Made by a program: the position numbers and the translations under genes. A stretch of 63,082 nt of DNA, the filler included, from Globobulimina sp. (taxonomy: Eukaryota), in assembly GCA_003354225.1 (NCBI GenBank). It is 23 parts of 23 records of this genome, joined end to end, with 100 filler letters (N's around TTAATTAATTAA, not from the genome) between each part and the next. Parts side by side here need not be neighbours in the genome. Positions count along the whole stretch, not along the records: positions 1 to 2,649 come from PIVH01005531.1; positions 2,750 to 5,398 come from PIVH01005532.1; positions 5,499 to 8,147 come from PIVH01005533.1; positions 8,248 to 10,896 come from PIVH01005534.1; 19 more parts are not named here. One strand, written 5' to 3'. The notes under the pieces are model-generated. The model worked only from the letters and a program-made list of their open reading frames with translations. It was not told the DNA's origin and did no database searches. Of this stretch, positions 1 through 8,700 are shown in pieces; the stretch's first letter is position 1; each line of letters begins with the position of its first letter.

Positions 1-2
1 AC

Positions 3-2270
3 CTTGAAAATAAACTTGTCAAACTTGCCATCCACAGCTGGTACTGTGAAAGATCGAAAATTATGAATAACTTGATGGTTTTAAATTCTTTTCTTGAGCA
101 AATTACGAATGCTAACGACTATAAAGTGATAATGCGACTAGCTGAGAATCAGTACCAAAGAAGCAAGAAGGAGACAAAAGAAGTACAACTCAAAAAGTTC
201 GATCGACTCCAAAAAGAAAAAGACAACTCAAAGCCGAAATTATGGCCAAATAAACAAATTAGAGACTCATTTATATGCAATTTGTCCGCAGAAAATTTCT
301 CAGATCATCAATTGGACATTCTTGCCCTGGGAGAGAAATTTGCTGTGACCCCTAAAGCAATTCCAACCTTGGACTTTATTACTCCAATCGAGAATTTGAC
401 AAAATCTACAATAACATCTGAAGATGGTAATACAAAATGTGGTGGACCATTGGAAAATGTCAGAGATATAGTATGCCCACAAGTGACCAAAATTATCAAG
501 GAAGCGAAAATCATACCAAATTTGTCAACTGAACATTACAAAGCCATGAAATCGATTCAAACAATGGTGAAGGAAAGAAAGTTAAGAGTTACGAAAGCTG
601 ACAAGGGATCAAAAACTGTAGTTATGGAAACAGCTATGTATGAAGAAAAATGTATCACAATGTTGACAAATGGAAATACGTACAAAAAACAAGCATGGCC
701 AAAAATCCACACATTCAGAAAGGAACTGTATCAAGTACTAAAAGAAGCCACAGATATTGGAGAAATATCAGAAAAAGAAATGTACCATCTTTTACCTACT
801 GTAGACAAGGTGAATCAGTCCTATTTTTATGGCCTCCCAAAGCTACATAAAATGTGTGGGAAATGCATACCGAAATGTGTTGACTGTATCCCTTTACGTC
901 CAGTGGTGAGTATTTATGGCTCTTTAAACCACAAACTTTCAAAACATTTGACCAAAATCCTTAGTCCCTTAGTTGGAATGACATCATATCATTTGAGAGA
1001 TTCATCCCAGTTGGTCAATGACTTAAGCCAACTTTCTATTGATTGGAATACAGTGACAATGGCTTCATTCGATGTTGAAAGTCTGTTCACCAATGTAGAT
1101 GTAGAAAAGGCGATTGAAATTTTAGCTCAAAAAATGGATGAAAATATAAAATGGATGGCTAAAACGAAATTGAGCAAAACAAGAATATTGCAACTGTGCA
1201 AAATGTGTATTCAGTCCAATCATTTTGTCTTCCAAAAACAAAACTATAGTCAAGAATTCGGGTTAGCCATGGGCAGTTCTCTGTCCCCTCTACTAGCTAA
1301 CCTTTATATGGAATATATTGAAGAGAAAGTCCACAGTAAAGGCAAAAATCTCGCCTTATTCTATAGAAGATATGTTGATGATTGCCTAGTGATTGCCAAG
1401 ACACATGAGGATCTTTATTCAATTCTTGCTCTTTTCAACACATTGGACCCTAATGAGAAAATCAGACTGACAATTGAGAAAGAAGTAGACCACAAATTGC
1501 CATTTCTAGACTGTCTATTAAATCGAGAAAATGGAACACTACAACTTTCAGTATACAGGAAGCCTACCAACAGCGGACGAGTAGTTCATTTTCAATCAGC
1601 TCAACCTACCTCACAAAAATCTGGCATGATTGACAGCCTTGCAAGAAGGTGTCATCAAATTTCATCATCACATGAAGTCCTATTAAAAGAAAAGCTGTAT
1701 CTGAAAAACTCATTTTCTGCCTGTGGTTTCCCAAAGAAATTTGTAGAGAAGCATTTAGACCCAATCAGAGCTGCCAGGAAACGAGAAAAACCAAAAGTTA
1801 TGACTGTAATTCCATTTATTAGTGGTATTTCGGATAAAATCAAAGGCCTCCTAAAACAATTCGGAGTTGAAGTTTACTTCAGAAAATACCAAACTATTGG
1901 ACAAATTTTATGCAAGAACAGTCCTACATATACCAAAGAACAACAAAGAAACTTAGTCTATGAAATTCCCTGTAATGACTGTGAAAGCTGCTATGTTGGA
2001 ATGACTCAAAGGAAAGTTGGTGTTAGAATAAAAGAACATAAGAAAGCAGTTAAAATGAAGGATAAAAGATCAGCATTGGCAAAACATTCATTTGAAAAGA
2101 GACATACAATAAACTGCGATAATTTTACCATTCGTTCATTTGGGGACCAGTCCAGAGATCTCCTCATGTCAAGGGAGGCGTTAATTATCCAATCAACTCA
2201 GAATACTGTAAACAAGATTGAGAACACGCCGCATGAAAGTTTCATACGCCATTTGAAAAAACAAAAATGA
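3..2270 (+). CDS. PLE polyprotein: reverse transcriptase + GIY-YIG endonuclease (5' truncated)
   Basis: Frame is open from position 3. Motifs KADKG, FYGLPKLHK..PLRPVVS, SFDVESLFTNV, GLAMGSSLSP, RRYVDD, LPFLD, VYRKPT. GIY-YIG: LVYEIPCNDCESCYVGMT..R.KEH with downstream His residues and catalytic-type REA. Confidence 0.96.
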   Translation, partial: LENKLVKLAIHSWYCERSKIMNNLMVLNSFLEQITNANDYKVIMRLAENQYQRSKKETKEVQLKKFDRLQKEKDNSKPKLWPNKQIRDSFICNLSAENFSDHQLDILALGEKFAVTPKAIPTLDFITPIENLTKSTITSEDGNTKCGGPLENVRDIVCPQVTKIIKEAKIIPNLSTEHYKAMKSIQTMVKERKLRVTKADKGSKTVVMETAMYEEKCITMLTNGNTYKKQAWPKIHTFRKELYQVLKEATDIGEISEKEMYHLLPTVDKVNQSYFYGLPKLHKMCGKCIPKCVDCIPLRPVVSIYGSLNHKLSKHLTKILSPLVGMTSYHLRDSSQLVNDLSQLSIDWNTVTMASFDVESLFTNVDVEKAIEILAQKMDENIKWMAKTKLSKTRILQLCKMCIQSNHFVFQKQNYSQEFGLAMGSSLSPLLANLYMEYIEEKVHSKGKNLALFYRRYVDDCLVIAKTHEDLYSILALFNTLDPNEKIRLTIEKEVDHKLPFLDCLLNRENGTLQLSVYRKPTNSGRVVHFQSAQPTSQKSGMIDSLARRCHQISSSHEVLLKEKLYLKNSFSACGFPKKFVEKHLDPIRAARKREKPKVMTVIPFISGISDKIKGLLKQFGVEVYFRKYQTIGQILCKNSPTYTKEQQRNLVYEIPCNDCESCYVGMTQRKVGVRIKEHKKAVKMKDKRSALAKHSFEKRHTINCDNFTIRSFGDQSRDLLMSREALIIQSTQNTVNKIENTPHESFIRHLKKQK

Positions 2271-2356
2271 TTTTATGATATTTTATTGTTTTATGACAAA
2301 TTTTATTTGATATTATTAGATTATGCTACATTTTTCTATATATTCTTTGTTTTTAG

Positions 2357-2398
2357 TGCCCTGTTGAAGTTTACTGAATGATAAACGAAACGTTGGCA
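2357..2398 (+). ncRNA. Minimal type I hammerhead ribozyme motif (PLE-associated), variant core
   Basis: TGCC-CTGTTGA-A-GTTTA(ctgaatga)TAAAC-GAAA-CGTT-GGCA: stem I TGCC/GGCA, stem II GTTTA/TAAAC, palindromic ACGT stem III. Core is CUGUUGA instead of CUGANGA. Confidence 0.8.
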
Positions 2399-2465
2399 AT
2401 TGTTATTCTTTGATTTTATTTAAAAAGCGGCTGGATTCCGTAAAGTTTTATTCCTGTTATAAACA

Positions 2466-2649
2466 ATGACGCCGCAAAGTGGTTTTATCAATTATCTAAC
2501 CTCGCGATACGGACCTCAAGTTGGGAGGAAATCGCGGTTGTACTCAAAAGAACATGGGATTTTGGCAAAATGTAGCAATCACATTGTTTTCCTAAGAAGG
2601 TGTGTTAAAGAAAAATTAGTTCAACATGGACTCAGAATCAAACGTGATC
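2466..2649 (+). CDS. N-terminus of the next PLE ORF copy (3' truncated)
   Basis: MTPQSGFINYLTSRYG...NHIVFLRRCVKEKLVQHGLRIK resembles the H.xFL..C...L.P.GL.IK N-terminal motif of Penelope-type ORFs. Confidence 0.8.
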
Positions 2650-2749
2650 NNNNNNNNNNNNNNNNNNNNNNNNNNNNNNNNNNNNNNNNNNNNTTAATTA
2701 ATTAANNNNNNNNNNNNNNNNNNNNNNNNNNNNNNNNNNNNNNNNNNNN
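2650..2749. other. Artificial contig linker (first of 22)
   Basis: 44 N + TTAATTAATTAA (stops in all six frames) + 44 N. Same linker at 5399-5498, 8148-8247, 10897-10996, 13645-13744, 16393-16492, 19141-19240, 21889-21988, 24637-24736, 27385-27484, 30132-30231, 32879-32978, 35626-35725, 38372-38471, 41118-41217, 43864-43963, 46610-46709, 49356-49455, 52102-52201, 54848-54947, 57593-57692, 60338-60437. Contig lengths decrease monotonically from 2649 to 2645. Confidence 0.99.
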
Positions 2750-3232
2750 ACAGATACATGCAATACCTTCAACAAATGCTTCCAGTATGAACCCAATATG
2801 AGCTGATAATTTTTTCATCAAAAATTGATTAAATTCCGATTGATTGGAATGACTAAATTTTAATGTATCGTCAGTCAAATTAAACGTCTCATCAATCACA
2901 GTATGTTTCATCATTTGACTGCAGCACGTCTTTGGATGATGGAATAAATATAATATTAAGCTGATAAGAGGTGAAAATGGCAGAGCGCAGCAACAGCAAC
3001 ATACAAATTGTGACAATCCTCCAAATTGCTTCATACATCGCAATGCAAATGTTATACAATATGATATTTGAGCCATACAAATTATAAGTAAACTAATGTT
3101 AAAAAATATGTCATGTCCAAGCACATAATATTCATAAGTTACCAGTATATCTGTCGTAATATCAGCAAGCGAAATTACAATCGCTAATGTATCATACATA
3201 TATCCCAATATCGCATTATCTTTCAAACCCAT
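2750..3232 (-). CDS. XK-related-like multipass membrane protein, 3' truncated
   Basis: ADITTDILVTYEYY and FILEAFVE motifs with hydrophobic helices, resembling the DxxxD and ExxPQ motifs of the XK family. Confidence 0.6.
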
Positions 3233-3279
3233 TGTTACTCACTTTACTTTAGTATTTTCATCAAAACAACAATAATTGC

Positions 3280-5075
3280 ATGGGCTTGTGTACCTCAAAA
3301 AAAAATCAAAATTTTGGTCGTTTAGGTTCCAACCGTTCTGCTACTACTGCCGATCTAAAAGACTTTCGATTTGCAACTTCCAATGACTTTAAAATAGATT
3401 TATTGAAGAAAAATTGTAAACCACCGCCAAATATAAAATCACCATATCCTATCAATGAAATAGATCAATATTTGAATGATGTGATCGAATCGCCTCAAAA
3501 TACGAAAAAGCAAAATGGAATCATCAACGATCATTTTACAAATCTTGGTGTGAAGATTTCTTTTCTTCGTTTATTAAATGTTATCATTCAAATATTTCAT
3601 TCTTAGCAAACGGCACAATAAAAATGGAAATATTAATTTGCGGATATATTCGACACTTATTACATGAATGTAACAAAACAAAATTGATTCCATATATTAT
3701 ATTGACGACTGTCAAGAAAACCTATTTCCCTCAATATGTAGCAATAGAAATCGGTGCCTCAAACGAGTCATTTTATTCAACATTCAGAATGTCGCATTTA
3801 TTATCATCATCGGCTGCCATTCATTATAATGGTGCGCATGATGTGTGTCATGTGTCTACTATTAATGATAAAGTATATTGCACAGATCAGGAACCGCGCT
3901 CCTTTCAATGTATTGACTTTTTCACTCAACTTAAAAAGCAAAATGAAAAACAGTTTATTGATATTATTTCATACGGTATCTCAAATAAACATCTTTTTAT
4001 TTCTACCATTGACCCAAATACATGCGAACAGCACATCTTCTGTTGTGGCACAAACACTTTTGGTCAATGTGCCACCGGCGATGACAAATCGGTTTCTCAA
4101 TGGACAAAAATAAAAGATTTTTGGTCGACTAATGCCTCAAATTCAATATTAAATGTACACACTGAAAAACAGAGGATAAAAGACATAAAATGTGGGCTGT
4201 ATCATACTATTTTCCTCGGTTCGAATGGTTGTGTTTGGAGTTGTGGCCAAAATTGGGTTGGACAGTTAGGATTAGGTGAGGATATAAGGAAGGTTTGGCG
4301 GCCACAATCTGTTAAATTCCAGCAAAAAGATTTAACAACGATAACACCGATGAGTTCAGCAACAAACTTATCCACGGCGGCTGCCACAAACTTAAATAAA
4401 TCCTTTGTTGGCGATTGCAAAATGCTTTTGTTTGAAGAGTCTGTGCGAATAAAGAGTATATCCTGCGGCGATGCACATAATTTGTGTTTGGATGAGAATG
4501 GCGAGCTGTGGGTGTTTGGCCACATGGCCATAGAGAATAATATGAAGCAACACATATTTGAAGCAATAAAACATCCGTGGTTTGTGGAGAGGAAAAGAGC
4601 TCGGGAGAAAGAAGAGGATATTGGCCATGTCATAACAAAAATAAACTGCGGTTCTGATCATTCTGTTTGTTGTGATTCAAATGGATTTTGTTATTTATTT
4701 GGAACCAATGATAAAGGACAGATTGGCCATAAATATTTCTCTGTGCAATATGAGCCATATATCTTTCAACAATCAACAGACAAAGATAATAAAAATAAAT
4801 ATGTTTTTGAAAATATAAAAATTATTGATGTGGAAGCTGGACAATGTCACACTGTTTTATTAACATCAACTAATGATTTAATTACGTTTGGTTCCAATTA
4901 TTATAAACAATGTTCAACGGTGATTAAGAATAATATTGTGTGTTTTGGCCATATTTTAATGAGACATCAGGAAATTGGTATTACTTCGGATACATATATT
5001 GAACGAATTATTGCGTCTGCGAATTCAACCATTCTTATTGTTAATATGGCTAAAAAATTAAAAATTATACGTTGA
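3280..5075 (+). CDS. RCC1-repeat protein with N-terminal acylation signal (2 exons; intron 3548-3606)
   Basis: GT..AG intron joins ORFs 3280 and 3624 in frame. MGLCTS start. Repeated CGxxH...G.V..GxNxxGQ(L/C)G RCC1 motifs. Confidence 0.85.
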
Positions 5076-5498
5076 TATTGTTTGTTATTATAATATTAAT
5101 ATGTCATATGTGTTTATTATAATTTAAAATGTTATTAATATAATACCTTTTTATCCACCGCTTTTTCAACATCTCATGCACAGCTATAATAGCAGGGTCG
5201 TCGTGCAATGTGCAGTGCATTTGTTAAACGCTTTTAATTCGCAGTGATTAAATGTGTTGTTTCATTTCGTTGATCATGAATTGTACAAGCTATGAAAAGA
5301 AAAAACAAGTTTATTAAAATTAAATCCACAAACAAATGCACAAAAAAAAAGCAAGTTTAACTCAATCTTCGTAAATTATAAAAACAAACGATTGGTTTNN
5401 NNNNNNNNNNNNNNNNNNNNNNNNNNNNNNNNNNNNNNNNNNTTAATTAATTAANNNNNNNNNNNNNNNNNNNNNNNNNNNNNNNNNNNNNNNNNNNN

Positions 5499-5961
5499 AT
5501 TTTTTTGAATCAAATTGAAGCCATATATTGCTATCATTGCAATAATCACTAAATGATGCTTTATATTTATTATCTCTTTGCATCCCCATCCCTTTGAAAA
5601 CAAATTGTTTTTGTCCACTGATACCATGGCAATATTTTAAGCCATCAAAGGCTGTCTTATCAAAATTATCACACTTTGCTGATACAACTCCTATAAATGA
5701 TACCCGATTATTTTTTTGAGACAATGTATATTTGAATTTAATCAGAGATACTCCATTTGCTGGGAATGGAGAATTACATTTTGTGGAACATGATCCGTTT
5801 CCACTCAACACCACTTTGTGCGCATCCAATAATTTCATTTTTTTAATATTCATGTATCTTTTTGAAAATGTTGGTGTATATTCCACAAAATCATTTGCAT
5901 TCTTTTCTTTTTGTTTTTCTTCCTTCTCATCCTCATTCTCTTTTTGGTTTACTTCAGCCAT
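5499..5961 (-). CDS. SPRY/B30.2-like domain protein, 3' truncated
   Basis: FKY...FIGVVS...YCHGISG...IWLQFD beta-strand pattern after a charged N-terminus. Confidence 0.5.
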
Positions 5962-6103
5962 GTACGTGATGTCTATTTATAAATCAACACTGCTGCAGTT
6001 TTTAGCTTGAACGTTTTTTTTGACCATTCTTCTTTGACACTACTTCATTAAAATCTGTATATACTCCACTGTCACAACCATAGTCCCAATCTTTAAATAA
6101 AAA

Positions 6104-7142
6104 ATGTGTGCTGCAGAACATAAACATAATGATAAATCAGCGTATGAGATAAAAAATAAATTAAGAAAACCGAAACAATTTGAAATTGGTAAATATATAT
6201 TTGAATGGCAATGTGATACATTTAATAAAACATTGCGCATCACAGCGACCGAAACAATCACAAAAGATAAATTTTCAAGCCATTATACCATGAAACAATT
6301 AAAAGAAATGAAATTTTTCAAATCAGACACCAATGATATTAAGAATTTCATTGAAAAAGTAATGTTCAACCATACAAACGAAATGTTCCACCAAATTGCA
6401 TTTGTTCCCTATGCCACGCAAATGGAAGGAGACGGCCTCGCATTGTCACAAACAAATGAATACACTGCAAATGACAAAATGTTAATAATATTAAACTATC
6501 AAAATGAATGGATCTCAAATAAATGGGAATTAACTCTGCATTATGTCCCACAAAAAGCTCCTATCAAATTAGAATCAATCATCAGAGACTTACAATTTCA
6601 AAATAGAACACTTACTCAAAAAATCGAATCAATGCAACACAATCTCGTTCCGAAAGGTATGTGTTACTGTTACGGACCAATCACAACACAACACAACAAA
6701 TACGATTCTCTACACCGGCACAGGAACAATAGTTATGTGGAACGGCAGCATACATAACATACCAAATGGTTGGAGGTTATGCGACGGTGGGAATAATACA
6801 CCTGACCTGAGGGATAAATTTGTGTTAGGTGCAGGTGGACAGCATGACTGTGGGAAAAATGGTGGAAACAAATCACACTCTCATAACGTGGCTGTGCATG
6901 GTACAAAGTTGCACATTAAACATATGCCACAACACCAACATAACGTAAAAAGGCAATATTGGGACATCCAAAGTGGTGGCGGCGGTAATAAATATCGAGT
7001 ATTATGTGCAAATTCCGAAGGCGATAGGTCTCTGTGGACAAATTATGTCGGTGGTGGAGAATCGCACGGACACTCATCATTTTGCACACATTCGGAGAGT
7101 ATGCCACCGTATATTACGTTGGGATATATTATGAAAGTATAA
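6104..7142 (+). CDS. Coiled-coil + phage tail-collar domain protein (2 exons; intron 6657-6723)
   Basis: Splicing restores LVPKGTIVMWNGSIHNIPNGWRLCDGGNNTPDLRDKFVLGA. HSH/HQH/HGH motifs and a terminal MPPYITLGYIMKV are typical of tail-collar/microcystin-dependent proteins. Confidence 0.88.
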
Positions 7143-7363
7143 GTGATATTGGAATATGCGTTTTCAATGTTTAACTATCCAACAAGAATTATAGAAGAAC
7201 AACAATACACACATACAAGTTTCTAGTTGCGATATGAACAAAACATTGGGAAAATGTGTATAGATCGAGATGCAAATATGTGCATAGTTTTTATTTACTG
7301 TTTTTTTTTGATATAAAAATTCAATAAAGTATTTTTATAAACATCAAAGCGGTGAAATGAATA

Positions 7364-8059
7364 TCAACCCAATAAATCTATAACGTCCTTAGACGCGTTA
7401 TTTTGTACAGCAATTTGCTTTGCAGTAAAGCCAGCTTTATTTTTCAGTGCTTTATCTACATTGTCACACTCACAAATCCATTCCAATATGTTCCTCTTCC
7501 CACCATTTAACACCTGTACTAACGCCATGTGAATAGCAGCTTCACCTTCTGGACCTATGCAATTTATACATTCCGTGCTCATGTTTTGCAATAAAGCTTG
7601 AATATATTCATTCTTTTGCCAGAATATAACTTTATGCAATGCACTCCAACCAAACATGTCCTTGCCATCATTGTCAATGTCGTCATCACCTAACCACTGT
7701 TCCAATTGTTTGAGTGTCTTTGGTGACACACCATATTCGAATCGCGAGGCCAATTTATATTCATACGCTTTCTGCATTTTCCCTGCAGGCACATCGTTGT
7801 CCATTTGGCCAGGCTTATTCACATATTTTCTGTCCACTACTTTGCCACCAACATCAAAGGCATGTTTTTCTTTCAATTTCTCCAAAGATAACGACTGCGC
7901 AAGTTTTTTCTGCATATTTTGCATTTCATTCATAAATTCCTGCATCATTTCGTTATTCCTTATTGGCCGATTTTGTTTGTCCTTATTTGCAGCCTCAACG
8001 TCTTTGCCTAATTTCAACCGAGCTTCTTCCACTTTTTTTGCATCTTCAATGACCTTCAA
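7364..8059 (-). CDS. Ankyrin-repeat protein, 3' exon (5' part missing)
   Basis: DMFGWSALHK, GEAAIHMA, KNKAGFTAKQIA ankyrin-like motifs. Confidence 0.75.
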   Translation of the reverse strand: MKVIEDAKKVEEARLKLGKDVEAANKDKQNRPIRNNEMMQEFMNEMQNMQKKLAQSLSLEKLKEKHAFDVGGKVVDRKYVNKPGQMDNDVPAGKMQKAYEYKLASRFEYGVSPKTLKQLEQWLGDDDIDNDGKDMFGWSALHKVIFWQKNEYIQALLQNMSTECINCIGPEGEAAIHMALVQVLNGGKRNILEWICECDNVDKALKNKAGFTAKQIAVQNNASKDVIDLLG

Positions 8060-8247
8060 AAATATAAATGCTCCATTTAAGCTGTTTTAACATACATTTT
8101 GTGTCAAGTTAACTTGTTCAGAGCAGTACTGAGTTAATGTATTAATANNNNNNNNNNNNNNNNNNNNNNNNNNNNNNNNNNNNNNNNNNNNTTAATTAAT
8201 TAANNNNNNNNNNNNNNNNNNNNNNNNNNNNNNNNNNNNNNNNNNNN

Positions 8248-8557
8248 CAACACCGGCTTCACCAATTTTTCTATATTTTACTGCACTTCCTTTGAAACCT
8301 AATGATTGTCCACGTGTTTCAAGGCTATTTGCATCATAATCTGTTTTTGATGCAATATTTGTCGTTGAAGATTCATCCACTTGCATCAATAAGTTATCAT
8401 ATCTTATTTTACCTCGCATGATATCATGCAATCTTGCTCTTAATGCATTTAATTCTGATTCAGTCAATGTTTTACCAATTTTAACAAATCCATTTGCCCA
8501 AAATTCTTTCCATTGTGATTCGCTTAAATCTTGGATAATTCCCGTTGAATCTGCCAT
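8248..8557 (-). CDS. Phytanoyl-CoA dioxygenase (PhyH) family protein, N-terminal part
   Basis: LSESQWKEFWANGFVKIGKTLTESELNALR is the typical PhyH-family N-terminus. Confidence 0.7.
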
Positions 8558-8700
8558 TGTGTTAAGTGGACTCGAGCTTTTTGGATTTATAGGGGATCAA
8601 GATTTTAATTCTGTGGATAAATAAAAATTAATAATGTCATGAAATGCAAGTATACAATATGCAACAAGCAAACTAGAAAATTAAACACACTCAAAAAGCA

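Larger units (their letters stand above)
1..2649 (+). mobile_element. Penelope-like retroelement (EN+, Penelope/Poseidon type), partial-tandem or circularly permuted
   Basis: RT + GIY-YIG ORF, then an AT-rich UTR with a hammerhead motif, then the start of another ORF with a PLE-type N-terminus. Confidence 0.95.

Noticed and set aside
2694-2705. Regularly spaced TTAATTAATTAA palindrome every ~2.75 kb
   Set aside because: It is an artificial linker embedded in N runs. ORFs ending in XXX-LIN are artefacts, and cross-contig synteny is meaningless.
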